This document shows, piece after piece, positions 14,301 through 27,098 of a stretch of 64,000 nt of DNA (its first letter is position 1; each line of letters opens with the position of its first letter). The notes under the pieces were generated by a model. It was not told the origin of the DNA, did not search any database, and saw nothing but the letters and a program-made list of their open reading frames with translations. The DNA comes from Phoronis australis. Taxonomy: Eukaryota > Animalia > Phoronida. The stretch covers positions 83,735 to 147,734 of the forward strand of contig NMRA01000644.1 of NCBI GenBank assembly GCA_002633005.1, read 5' to 3'. Made by a program: the position numbers and the translations under genes.

Positions 14301-16073
14301 GTCATTTCACATAAAAAGCCCTGCATATGAGCGCAGAAACTTTATTCTTTCATGTATTTTTGACCCTTTCAATTCAACTGAAAACAAGCTAGACTGTGAA
14401 AAGTAATAGCAAAAAAAGTGCAAAATCGGCACTTTTCACCCTAAAAACACCACTTCCCTGCCAAAACACGAATAAAACCAACAATAGATTCTGAAAGCAA
14501 ATTTCCTACAGATTCCGATAATGTGGTCCAAAAGTACTGTCAACTGACTAGTTTTTTACAAATTCTTGCTTGTTTGAGGGCTACCTAAAACCACAGCTAA
14601 TTTCTCAGTCGCTACCCAGCAATGCACAATTGCTGACGGGGCCCGTCATATTGAAGAAGAATGCAGCTACAGCCAAGAAAGTGGCCTTTTTATTCACAGC
14701 ATTTTGACAAATACAAAAAACCACATCCACTGAGCCTACGTGCAATGCCCACATACAAAATGCCCCCAAACTTGGCTTACCCCAATATTTTAATATTTTG
14801 GGAGTGCAAATCGGCGGCGGCCGCAGGCTAACAGTTCAGTGCCACCATACGGATCTGCTTATTTTTTCAATAGCCCATTAGTGAAGGAGTACCTGACCAT
14901 TTTTTCATCAGGTCATTAGTCAAAACTGAGCTGCACAATTTTTGATTAGGTCATCAATCGATATGGACCTGCCCATTTTTTCATTTGGCCATCAGTCGAT
15001 ATAGACCTGTCCATTTTTATTTGGCCACCAGTTACTACGGGCCTGTCCACTTTTCATTAGGCAATCAGTCGATACGATCTGCCTATTTTTATTAGCCCAT
15101 TAGTCAAAAAGGATCTCCCATTTTTTCATTGGCCACTGTGCGGACATGCCCATTTTTAATTAGGCCATCAGTCAATACAGTTCTGATAATTTTTTCATTA
15201 GGGCATTATTCGATACGGATCTGTCAATTTTTTCAGTAGGCCATCAGTCAATACAGTCCTGCCAACTGTTTCATAAGGCCATCAGTCGATAAGGACCTGT
15301 CCATTTTTTCATTAGGCGATGAGACATTATAGACCTGTCCATTTTTTCATTAGTCCATTAGTCAAAACTGACCTGCCCAAGTTTTCATTAGGTCATCAAT
15401 CGATATAGACCTGTCCATTTTGATAAGGCCATTAGTCCATAAGGACCTGTAAATTTTGTTCATTAATCCATAAGACGATATGGACCTGTCCAGTTTTTTT
15501 CATTATTCCATCAGTCAATAATTTCCTGCAGGATGCAAAGAATGACATGTTTTCAGTTATTTCACATAAAAAGCCCTGCAAATGAGCGCATCAACTGTAT
15601 TTTCTCTTATTTTTGACCCTTTCAATCCCAATGAAAACAAGCTAGACTATGAAAAATAGGGGCAAAAAGTGCAAAATCGGCACTTTTCACCCTAAAAAGC
15701 ACCACTTCCCTGCCGATGCACGACTTAAACCAACGATAGAGTCTGAAAGTAAATTTCCTAAAGATTCCAAATATGTGGTCCAAAAGAAGTACTCTCAACT
15801 AACTAGTTTTTTAGCAATTCTTGCTTGTTTGAGGACTACCTAAAATCACAGCCAATTTCTCAGTCGCTAACCAGCAATGCACAATTGCAGCCGGGGGCCG
15901 CCATCTTGAAGAAGAGTGCAGCTGCAGCCAAGAAAGTGTCTTTTTTATTCACAGCATGTTAACAAATACAAACAAACCACGTTCACTGAGCCTACGTGCA
16001 ATTCCAACCTACAAAATGCCCCAAAACTTGGCCTACCCACCTTGTAAATTCTCTCCCACGGTGGCAGCCTTAA
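8322..16073 (+). repeat. Composite satellite: ~38-bp minisatellite arrays interrupted by a conserved ~600-660-bp module
   Basis: Monomer consensus is about ggacctgtccattttttcattaggccatcagtcgatac. Module copies lie at ~8990-9600, ~11286-11940, ~14190-14850 and ~15527-16040 (5'-partial). Runs of monomer variants recur as higher-order blocks. Confidence 0.9.
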
Positions 16074-16193
16074 AATTTGGACAATATTTTTCTTTATTTA
16101 CTGTCGGCACGTTGAAAAGTATTAACTATATTTACATGTACTAGGGTAGATAACCGGATGAAAATAAGCAAGATAAGCTGAACAGTCCAAATC

Positions 16194-16980
16194 ATGGGTT
16201 ATGGTAACGGGTTACTTTATCATGGGCGGCGCACATTATCAGAAAAACTATCTGACCAGGATCTCTGTAGAAAACCAGATATTCTCGTTATATTCGACAA
16301 AAATATGCACTTAGTCATATTAGCGATAATGCCTGGGTCTAGGAAGACAACAACACCTTCAGCCAGTGACAGGTCAGTGACTCGAAGCATTTCGTCGTAT
16401 ATGCCTAGAAGTGAGGCGAGCCCAAAGACTACAGATATATCAAACCGTCAACTATTAGAGATACATGTAATAAATGACAAGTTCGAAAAACTGTCCAACG
16501 ATTTTGAGTCTTTCAGACGCGAATATGAAACGTCAAGGGAAGATAACTCTATCTTACGTGATCAGGTCAAATCACTGGAAGAAAAGTTAGATGATTTAGG
16601 GAGTCGATCAAGGCGAGACAACCTTATATTCCATGGCATTGTTGAAAATGGTAACGAAACCTGGGACGAATCGGAAAATCAACTTGAAGAGTTTCACAAG
16701 GAGCAGCTGAATATTAAAGACATAAACATCGAGCGAGCTCACAGAATGGGCCGCATAACCCAGGGGAAAGTGCGGCCCATCATAGAAAAACTGAATTCGA
16801 AAGATAGGCAAAAAATAATGAGGAAACGAAGAGAAGTGAAACTTCAGAAGACTTCTCAATCCGTTTTAAGAAGGCAAGGAGAAAGCTGTACGAATTTTCA
16901 CAATCACACAGTATGGAAAACGCCAAATCAGCTTCAACAAGCTGATCTATAATGGCAGAGTGTTTGTGTACGACGAATAG
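16194..16980 (+). pseudogene. LINE ORF1 (coiled coil + L1-type RRM/Transposase_22-like), frameshifted near 16840
   Basis: Coiled coil followed by RSRRDNLIFHGI..ETWDESE..IERAHRMG..RPII. The C-terminal EDFS..RRKL..LIYNGRVF segment continues in another frame. Confidence 0.85.
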
Positions 16981-17077
16981 AACAATGTGATACAAATCAA
17001 TTAAACCCCGCACAACTGATGCTGACCCACGCAACCCATCAACCCGAGCGGAAGCCGCTATTCAACATGAAGATCAG

Positions 17078-18436
17078 GGCCCGGTCTCCAATCTCCGTAC
17101 TCAGACTCATACTCATACTCGAGATTTCATACTGAAAATCGTGCTCACTGGAGTCGTACTCAAAAAAGCGTATCTAATGTCGTATTTCGATAAGACTCCA
17201 AACGTACTCAAATCTGACACTCATACTCGAGTTGCTATGGAACTCTTTATGATGCGAAATGCAAAAGCACATAAAGCTGCGCTGATTCATCGCTCCCTAT
17301 TGGAATAGACCACCCCTGGAACTAGCCCTACATTATTGTCTTCTGTCGCTACAACTACAAGAGTATGTCTATAAACGTGAAATTCTGAGTGTTCTGTAAC
17401 TGTTATTCATTTTTTAGTTTCAATAAATATTCTTATGCCATTTCTTTGAAACATTTGGCAATAATTAAGCTTTACTTCTTCACCCAGTCCTGAAATTGTC
17501 GTAAGAAATTTGTAACAGCTTATCGCTCTGTTGCTAATTTAGTCTTGACATAAAACCCATTGTTGTATAGGCCTACGCTAGTGTCAAACTTTGATACTGT
17601 ATCTTTGTATTTTACCGCGATGTATCAAGTGAATTGACATTTGGCACGTGAGTTGAAAAACAATACTTATGCAGGCATTCAGAGTTCACCAGTGGCAGTG
17701 AACGGGACGAGACGGCAAACAAAATCTGGAATTCCATTAGGGGATTGAGGAATTATAGATTACTAAGTTATGATGAGAAATGTATATACACTGTACCTGA
17801 CAGGGAAGCGAACTTTTTTAACTTCCCTCCCCTCCTCGTCTTTTTGAAACCCTACAAAACGTAGGCACACATACCGAAATAGGGGCAACACAAACTTCTC
17901 ACACGACTTTTCCCACAACTGCTTTCAACGCTTGTTATGACTCGCCGACAAGGGATTACAATGCGCCTGTTGCCAGGAATTGAAGAGGTAGAATGGCGGC
18001 CAAAACATACAGTGATACGGCGGGTTAATAAGGTGAAGAGTAAGAACATTTAAGATGAAAACTATTATCTCTGAACTGAAATTGAAGTGCTGAGATACGG
18101 TAAGAGGACTTTTAGATTTGCTGTTTTTTGGTTCCCTTTCGATAATTTTTTCTCTGGCTCGTATATATTTTCGAGTACGATTTCAAGCACACTACCATAC
18201 CAAACTTGAAATTTGAGCATAGACTCCGAATTTTTACTCAAAATTGTACTCGAAATATAGATGAGAAACACTTCAGTTCGAGTACACTCGAAAACTAAGT
18301 ACGTGCTCGAAATTTTGAGTACAGATTTTTCGTGTATGACATTGATTACACCAAAGCTGAGTCTGTTCTCGAGTTGAGTATGAAGTGTGAGTTTGAGCAT
18401 GATTCGAGTCTGAGTACGGAGATTGGAGACCGGGCC
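17078..18436. mobile_element. PIF/Harbinger-type non-autonomous element
   Basis: TIRs ggcccggtctccaatctccgtactcagactc / gagtctgagtacggagattggagaccgggcc; 3-bp TSD CAG at 17075-17077 and 18437-18439; subterminal tactc/gagta repeats. Confidence 0.9.
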
Positions 18437-18499
18437 CAGGTATTCCAGCTCGTCTCAAGCACAGTCGGACCAGCACTAGAGGTTAGGCCAAGGCCCGTC

Positions 18500-19265
18500 A
18501 TGGAAATTTATGTGTTGGAATATCGAAGGTTTAAAGCATAAAATACAGAGAACTGATTTTATATATATGATATGCATATGATATTATCACTTTTGTTGAA
18601 AAATGGGGAATGAATGAAAATGAGTTTACACTGGAAGGTTACCAGTGTTTTGGGTCAGTGAGAAATAAACACCTTCAAGTATTTCTGAATTCTGGTGGTA
18701 TAGTATTAATTTGTAAGGAAGTATTGGTGGCTGTTAGGCTTCCTTCAAGTTTGTCTGACGTTTAATGAGTAAAAATTAACCTACCCGATTATCTGTATAC
18801 TGTTTTAGTTGCGGTTGTGTAACAGTCTCCAAAAACTTCAAGTAAAAACTTGGAAATCATGAAGTACACTGTACTTGAGCGGGAGGTGCAAGGTTATACT
18901 GCCGAAATGAGGGGGGCATGTCACCTTTTTATAATGGGCGATTTTAATGCTCGTACGCGTAACAGGCCAGACTTTATTGAAGATGATAGTATTAAGTATA
19001 AGGATAAATCCAGTCCTATTTTTGATTGTGTTGATTATTTAGAAGATAGAGTGTGTTGTAAGACATCACGAGATAATGGCGAGGTGAATGAGTTTGGTAC
19101 AAAATTATTAGAGTTTTGTCGAAGAAATGAGATAACAATTCTGAATGGAAGAGTAGGGAAAGATACAGACATTGGTAGTGTAACACGTGTAACTTATAAT
19201 GGATCTAGTGTTGTTGACTATGTCATGATGAGCAATGATTTATTGTACTGTGTGGACGGTTTTAA
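18500..19265 (+). pseudogene. LINE ORF2 AP-endonuclease domain (N-terminal part, with stops/frameshifts)
   Basis: WNIEGL motif, SGG motif, MGDFNART, VNEFGTKLLEFC..ILNGR, GSSVVDY. Confidence 0.9.
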
Positions 19266-19492
19266 AGTGTACACATCATGACTCTAGTACCTCAAAATAA
19301 ATTTTATTATTATGTCTTACTTAATTTTAGTGCCATTAGTACACAACTCATAAAGAAACACGGAAAATTAAAAAAAAATAAATATGTTAACGTCATGGGT
19401 TGAACCCAAGTCGTTCGCCATATTGTTTGGATTAGAGACACAGTGTATAGAGTGAAGTGAAAGCAAGGTTTGTTTTCGTCGTTCGTAGAGGG

Positions 19493-22400
19493 ATGAAAAG
19501 ATGTGTTTGCGGAGGCTGCAGCAACAGCAGCCAGACAGAGAACGTCTCGGTTTCAAATTTCCTAAGGACAACAAACTTTCGCAGAAGTGGCACCTCAGCG
19601 TGCACCAAGCGATTCGGTCCCGGGCCACTCTGTGTTCTGCTCACTTTGAGGACTCGTGTTTCGACTCCAGTCAGAAGAGACGTTACGATGAAGGCCTGGC
19701 CACTTAGTGAGTGCATTTTGTTATTTTTTCAATAACAAATATATAAAATAGCCAAACTGAAACGATCTACGGCGCCTCATACTGTCACGCATGCAGCTAC
19801 CCCTTCATCGATGTCTTCCTCACCTGGCCTTCTGTGCTCTTGGGACACGCAAATCATCATAGAGCCCATCAGGCGAGATGCAGAGACGCAAACAGAAATT
19901 GCTGGTAATTTGTTTGAATGATCATAGAGTAGAGCGCCTCTCTTTTACAAATACTTAATTACTGAGTTTGCTTGAAAGCATATTTCATTTGTATGCTATT
20001 CATGGATAAAGCCTAATGAGCAGGGTTTGTTACAATTGACGGGCATATAGGGCACAATTTTTAGTCCTCAGTAACAACTGTACAATAAAACGAGAGTTCA
20101 TACCTTATGGGCCCCATGGATTCTTGCTGGTTACGAGCCAAATTTAGTTGGCACTCTATGTTGCTTCGAAATTGCTAAGAAACGGTGCTCTGGACATAAT
20201 ACATAAATGAAGGATTTGATCTAAAACACTGGTCTCTCTGACTCAGATGGTTAGTGGTTTTTGGGCTCATCATCACTATTCCCCAAATGTCGTTTTTTAG
20301 AACTTTTTATTTTTTAAGATAGTGACCTTGAAGGGTGGATCGAGAGGGGACATTTGCTGTCATCTTCTGTAGCTGCTCCATCAACTCCAGTACTTGTGCC
20401 GCCCTTGCATGTTGAGGTAGAGCTGGAAACGTGCCCCACATTGTCCTTGGTCACCACAGAGTCTTCCTTGGTAACCACAGAGTCTTCCCTGGTCGCCACT
20501 GAATCTTCCCTGGTCACCACAGAGTCTTCCCTGGTCAACACAGAGTCTTCTCCTTTCCCGGCCACCACAGAGTCTTCTCCACCCCTAGTACCTCTGGAGT
20601 CTTACTTGGAATCACCAGATTCAGGCTCGTCGTACTCTCCTTCATCTGAAGAGGAGTCCAGCCCAGAAAAGCGGCCCAAGTAAGCTTCTGTCGCAAAACT
20701 CCATGCATGAGTGCACGCTCCTAATTGTGGAGCTGCTCCTAATTGCAGAACTTCCGTACAGCTGCCTGTATGTGAGACATTTGAGTTGCAAAAATCTTGC
20801 AAAAACATTATATTATTTGGCTTATAGTCGCATGCGCTACATGCGTGACTTAAGCAATGACTAGTTAGCCTCGTACACAATAGGTGGATCTGAAAATGGC
20901 ATGTCTGACAAATAAGCAGATCTTACCAGTCACAACTGAAACTTTGTTTATAGTTGCCTTCATGGTTAGTGTTTGCGTTAGCCACTTATTCTGCCTAGGT
21001 TTCTGTGGTATTTATAATAATTTACAGCAGCCCTTGTTAATTTTGACATTTTTTCTACGAAATACAAATGTACTTAAACATTGCATTTATCATGTTTTTC
21101 AGGAAATTACCCAAGCCAGACTTTATCGAATCTGATGACCATCGGAAGTACATCGTGTATGAAACATGTCTCTTGAAGCTCTTTGATGTTTGCCGGGTGT
21201 GAAGGAACAAGGCTTCTCCTCAGATCATAAAAATGATCGGCACATTGGTTGTTATTCAACAAGGCTGCACCCGTATCAGCTGTCCTGGTTACACATGGCA
21301 TTCGCAGCCATTCGTGCAGGACTACCCCAAGGGAAATCTTCTGCTGTCGGCTGCCACCCTGTTTAGCGGCTGTTCGATCTCCAAGGTACAGAACCTGCTT
21401 AGATTCTTTGGAATCAAAACTTACCATAACAACACCTTCTTCCGGCACCAGCGCCTGTTTCTTCATGACGCTATAGAAAAAGTGTGGGGCGACCTGCAGG
21501 AGGAGCTACTCCTCAGTTTACCTCCTGAAATACTTATAGGAGGCGACGCAAGATGTGACAGGTAATTACTCACTATATTTTGTTGGTTTGTACTGCAGTG
21601 GTGACTTCCTGTTCATATCAGGACGGGTATGATAAATTAGAAACTCTGTAAGTGTTAGGATAGCAGTTATGTACATAATAATTTGCTGATTGCTTTGAAA
21701 GTCTGTGCTCTGTGCTGCAAATGATAGCCTGATCGTTAGAAGTGACAAAATATTTTTTCACATAGACTAATCTTGGGGATATACTGTTTTCTTATTTTGT
21801 GATATATATCTATTTTCTTTCATTGCAGTGAATTGCTTTAATGATAACAATTATTAATAGCCTGGTTATATATTTAGCAGTGAAAGTAGAATAATATCTT
21901 AATTCAGATAAAGTCTTTTAAAATAGTAATAATCTGACCGATTCTCATTGCCGTCACGTCATATTTTAGCCCTGGTCATACTGCAAAATATAGGAGTTAC
22001 ACGCTGATGGACCTTGAGCGCAACAAAATCTTAGCAATGGAGCTTGTACAGGTAATACACATGTCACGGCATACTAAAAAAAGGTTGACCTTCATACGTT
22101 GAGTAAAAAGGTGTTGTCAAGTAATCCACCATTACTCCTTTTGCTACCCTTTGTGTCGCACTTTGATTCTACTGATGCTCTGCTCGTCATGTTTCACATA
22201 TTGTTTAGTTAAGTTAACATTTTTCAAGTGCATCCAAATATCACTTATACTTTCAAAGTGCTACTACGTTATAAATTAAATACTGTGTGTTGGTAATGCA
22301 AGCCATTAGGCACATTGTTTTGGTTAAGAAATAAATTTTTGTTTATCTGCCGTGTTGAGCTTAAATTTAAGTAACTTTAAGATATCAAATTGATTTTCTA

Positions 22401-24782
22401 CTTGAAGTTAATGAATCATTCTTGTAGCTGTGTCATTTCTGATATACCAATGTGGGCACATATTATACTTCATAATACTCTTGCTTACAGAAAAATGAGG
22501 TTGGTGGCTCCTATCATATGGAATTGGAGGGGTTGAAGAGGTGCAAGCATAAGTTATTTGCAAAGGCTTCACCAGCAAAAGTCACCATAGTTACAGATCG
22601 TCACCCTCAAATTAATGCGTGGATCAGGGACTACTGGATGCCTGATGATCATTTTTGACATCTGGCATGTTTCCAAAGGTAATTGGAAGGCGAAATGTTT
22701 CTGATTGACTGTGGTCTTGCCTTTGCTCCTTTGACTTGTGAAAATACTACTTGATATGTCTTGCGCACAATTGTAGTAGTACTTTGGTGGAAATTGGAAA
22801 ACAATCCAGATCAACTGGTAGTGAAGGGAAGACTCCAATGAAGTATAAGACTACAGAACAGTCAATCGTCAACTAAAACTTGATATTTCAAGGATATGTG
22901 GCCTAATAGAAACAACCCAACTTCTTCTAAAACTGTGATATTTCAAGGATATGTGGCCTAATGTTCACGAGATATGCAATGGTTTTCAGATAAAGTGTCA
23001 AGTATTGCTTCATTATAGGCCTGAACAAAAAGTTGGTTGTAGTGGGGAAGAAGTATCCTGATGTAAAGTCCTGGTGCCCAGCTATCAATAACCATCTCTA
23101 CTGGTGTGCTACGTCCAGCGACGGAAATGGCGAAATGGCGTTGGAGAAGTGGAGAAGTCTATCTAACCACATTATGGACATCCACATTCATGATAGTCCA
23201 CTTTTTCCAAAGTGTGCCCACAATGAGTTGCAACCGAAACTCTGGTTAAAGCCAGATATAACTGATTGCCTGTAGTAGTGTTGCTATGTTGAATGTGGTT
23301 ATGAATCTTTTCATGAAAGTCACTGAGCAACATCTTTTAGTCATTTATTTTTACCAGCAGTTTATTTTCAGTAACATATATTGTCTAATGTCTTGCCTTG
23401 ATGGTTCACATACAGTGCATGCCAAAAGAATTTGAGTGAAATACGGTTTCCCTGTACTCGCTCGCAACAACTGGTCACTACTGCTACACTGTTGCTGAAT
23501 CCACTTTCCATTAAGCCTTGATTTTTTTGCTCAGCCACCAAAACAGGGAATTCGTGGTCAGTTTGTCTGAATATTTTTGGCATGTACAGTTGTTGCCGTT
23601 TTGGTTTCTCAGTCTTTTATGTGATCTAACTTTTGCACAGGTACTCAGCAGTATGAGGAACTTCTGAAGATACTGGAAAGCCGGCAGCTTGAAAAAGATG
23701 TGAAAAGACTCTCACCACATGGCCAAACAGCATCTTTGGAAGCTTTTCATGCTGTGGTGAATGAATTTGCCCCCAAGATGCGTCACTTCCATTTCAATTC
23801 TATGAATAGCAGGTAATCCATGATCCCAAGAAATGTGCTGCATGTAAAATAATAATTCCAACTGTGAATCATGGTCTTTTACATTACTGATTGAATGGTA
23901 AGATGGATGAATAAATCTTGAGTTGCAATAGCATCACAAAAAGCAGATAGATTAAAGCAATTGTATCCATAAACGTAGTACATTTCACCACCGCCAAGAT
24001 ATTATCTCCTAGTACGTAATAGAAAAAGAGATTAATAATATGTGGTTAGTTATTGAAGAGTGAGATAAATAGTAAGCTCTGCTGTATTACACTACAAAGT
24101 TCATTCGAAGTTGTCCCTGGTCTCAAATACCTTCTTATATCATTTTTAATAGACTCATCTTGGCTAATCTTCACTACAATGAAAACGCTGGACGAGCATT
24201 TGCTCGGAAGCACGATGGATCCTTACTGTGGAAGAGCAGCTTTGAGCGTGGAAAGGCTGGTCAACCCGTTGCGCGTGCTGCAAGAGTAGAGGCCACATAT
24301 GGTTTGTACTAGCGAAATTCAGAATTAGTTGTCAAAACTGATATTAATTAATCTGTTTTAGTTAATGTATGTGCACAATGACTCCATGCTGAAAACAGCA
24401 AAACTTCACTTATTTTCTTGTACGCTTTTGTTAAGAAACAGTCTGGACAAATAACAAATCAATTATTTGCAGTGTTGTATGGAAAAGTATAATGGGCAAA
24501 ACCAACTTGCCATCAAAACTATTTGTAGTCCAGTCCTCTTTTCTTGCAAATCCCATGATCGAGAAGTGGTTCAATCAGGAGCCTTCAGTTACTATACTTT
24601 GTTACAGAATATGTTTCGAAGTTGATCCAGACCATGTTCTACTTGGTCGATCATCCTTGCTTCACGTCTCCGTGACTTGAGAGTCCAATGCCCCAGAGCC
24701 GCTGTCGACAGACTATCCAGAGGTGGACACTCTTCAAGTGGCCGAGGCTATGAGGAGCAGGTATCCTCAAGTCTACCAGTGA
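19493..24782 (+). pseudogene. Kolobok THAP-DDE transposase, multi-exon, disabled
   Basis: Inferred exons: 19493-19706 (THAP: MKRCVCGGCSN..FKFPKD..W..LCSAHF, with frameshift), ~19751-19904, ~20318-20679, 21103-21561 (KYIVYE..WHSQP..GNLLLSAA..GGDARCD; TGA at 21200), 21970-22051 (SPGHTAKY), 22491-22678 (TDRH, DIWH, frameshift), 23019-~23255 (NHLYWC, KCAH; donor apparently lost), 23641-23812 (QTASLEAFH..APK), 24153-24301 (LHYNEN), 24609-24782. Confidence 0.85.
20437..20580 (+). repeat. 21-bp coding minisatellite (SLVTTES)n in a transposase exon
   Basis: About 6 copies of tccctggtcaccacagagtct. Confidence 0.9.
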
Positions 24783-25100
24783 GCATCTGAGGACTGATAT
24801 GTTGAACAGACATGCCCATGTATAATAGAAATGTAATGCTCTTTAAACATCTATTAGAACTTTTACGGTGTTTTGTTTCACAGTCAAGTAAAATTGTTAT
24901 GCATCTAAATGAATAACAGCAATAGCTAACAAATGGTTTACATCACACTTGGAGGTTTTGCACTGCTGGTGGTTGCTATTATAATATAGAAAGAGTCATG
25001 TAATATGAAAATACTGTGAAAAGTGTTTTGCTTTTACCAATACCCAAGCTTAAATATACAATACTGTTCATTAAGGACACTTCATTCTGCATTGTAATAA

Positions 25101-26888
25101 TTAATCAAAAGAAAAACCTGTAAAAACAAAATCCTCTTCATTGCCAGGTGGTGGATAATGTGCCCGGATCTTGGCAACAGCACATGCAGGCACAACGACT
25201 CTGACTCGCCGTCCCAAAAATCCATGAACCCATCGCTGAAATTGCCGATACGCGATGTGCCGCATTTTTTTCTCAAATGGCCCCTCATACCCATCAGGGT
25301 AGTGAAATTTGTACTCCCCCCAGCTGGTCTCTAAAACATCTTGGTTTAAACAAACGGGGTCAAAACCCGCTGAGTTCGTGATGCATTTTCTTGGTTCAGA
25401 GACGACTTCTCTCTCCACTTCTTTCTGAAGCTTTGCCACCACTTTTACCACCTCTTGGCAACAGACTCTTTCAGCTACAACAGGGGTAACTTGGCAATTG
25501 CCACACTTGCACCTGAAGTTAGAAATTTATTGAGTATTGACAAGAAATTGTAGTTTTTCCTTTTTGAAAGTGAACAACAAATTCATAACACAAAACTGAA
25601 TTACGATTGATTGCAATGGACAATTATTACTAATTTCAAATTGTCTTTCAGTGACCAACAATTGATGCTTGGCACACTTTTCGTGAATGCAGATAATTCA
25701 GGGGTGGATCCAGGATTTTGAGTTGGGGGGAGGCAGTGGCGGATCCAGAATTTTTAGTTAGGGGGGCCAGAACAGAGTATTCAGCATTTTTGTCGTCAGA
25801 CATTCGCACCACCGAACAGCCAAATGTAATCTGGGAGAATTTTAGGGGGGCCTTTTACCCCGCTAAATCCACCACTGGGGGGACAGGGTACAAGAAACGA
25901 AACCAAGAATTTTGCGACATGCGCGCACCCAGCCTAAAATGGAAGTGTGCAGGGGTTTTGAGTCTTTGGGTTTATTACTAAAAAAATGTAAATGGGGTTT
26001 GTTCAAGGGTAATACTCATCACCCGAAACTGCCTAATGTTATCTGGGAGAAATTTAGGGGGGAGGGTACCCTGTCTACAACGTGCCATTGAAGCATCCCA
26101 CATCGATCATTGCTCATGAATTTTGGGTTCCCCTCCCATAATTCTGAACTTGTATCTCAGTGTGTCAAAAATACACATTGCGGGTGTGGAAAAAGTTGAC
26201 AAGCAAAAAAGTACAACCCTAACAACCCAGTCTGGCTGCCGTTCTTTGACACTGTGTCAACTGTTACGATTTGTATACTAGCCACCCCCTGACTGAACCA
26301 AAGGAGACGATCTAATAAACAAGCCAGATGCAATTTTGGCAAGAAGACAGTTGTAAAATACAAGCACGTAAGAAAATTTAGTCGGAACAAAAACATTTAA
26401 CGATGTGTGCTTCGCACAATCCCTTGCAAACGCACATTTTTGTTAGGCGACCCGACGCAGTCCGGCCAAACAAATAAATCAATATGGCGGTCACTGGCAC
26501 TATAGGCTATATCGGCAGAAAAGCGACTGCCGAGTGGTTGCGCGAGGCACACGTTTTACTGAGGCGAGAAGAGACTGTTAAAACCCAAGAATCTCGGTTC
26601 AATAAAGGACAATGACAATATTTACCATTCAGAAACATCGGCTCTGTATTCAAGACCGTCTGTTGGATGACTGGGTTGACTCGCCGAGCCCGCTTCTCTC
26701 GCGGGAGGATCCAGTTCGTAAGGCCTCAAAGTAGAAAAGTCTGCAGCCGGAGGCAAATCAAACTCGTTCTCGCTTTCGTGCAACCCCATTTCCTCATCCT
26801 GGCCACTATTCCCGTACGTTTCTTCATAGTATTCGTTTAATTCTTGCTCATAATCGTAGACGCTTTCAAATTCCCTACTCTCCGCCAT
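25101..26888 (-). CDS. KolX accessory protein with P2X7 ballast/nanor-like Cys-rich domain, 2 exons, ~224 aa
   Basis: Exon 1 26888-26626 (acidic N-terminus, PYELDP, GT donor) joins exon 2 25512-25101 (AG acceptor) in frame, 675 nt with no internal stop. Motifs: WCKCGNC..ERVCCQE..CIT..FDPVCL..VL..RHIAYRQF..WVHGFLG..VRVVVPACAV..IR..YP. Confidence 0.85.
25699..26070 (+). mobile_element. hAT-like MITE (caggggtggatcc...) with a related MITE nested at 25734-25877, inside the KolX intron
   Basis: Inner TIRs cagtggcggat / atccaccactg with a degraded 8-bp TSD (gggggagg vs gggggaca). Inner and outer copies share atctgggagaa.tttagggggg. Confidence 0.6.
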
Positions 26889-27098
26889 TGTTCAATGCTA
26901 GTCACTGATATCTTGTGTTCAACCCATCACGTCACACGGCGGGAAATGTGAAAATTAGCAAACTTGAAAGAAAAATCAAAATTTCGAGCTAATTACACAT
27001 AATTAACATGGGTTTAGCTAAATTTGACGTCATACATTTAGTCTGTGGCCACCGGTAATTCAAAATGTGCAAAAATCCATAGTGTGTGTGCTGTTTAA

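Larger units (their letters stand above)
19266..27094 (+). mobile_element. Kolobok DNA transposon (~7.8 kb)
   Basis: TTAA TSD at 19262-19265 and 27095-27098; short imperfect TIRs (agtgtacaca / tgtgtgctgt). Contains convergent THAP-DDE transposase and KolX genes. Removing it restores the LINE endonuclease frame (..DGFK|SVNYVNS, then HFP after a frameshift). Confidence 0.9.

Noticed and set aside
8322-15520. CRISPR-like appearance of ~38-bp repeats
   Set aside because: Monomers are contiguous and degenerate with no unique spacers, there are no cas genes, and the context is eukaryotic.
25101-25512. A host P2X7 receptor gene
   Set aside because: Only the ballast-like domain is present, with no transmembrane or ectodomain exons, and it lies inside a TTAA-bounded Kolobok.
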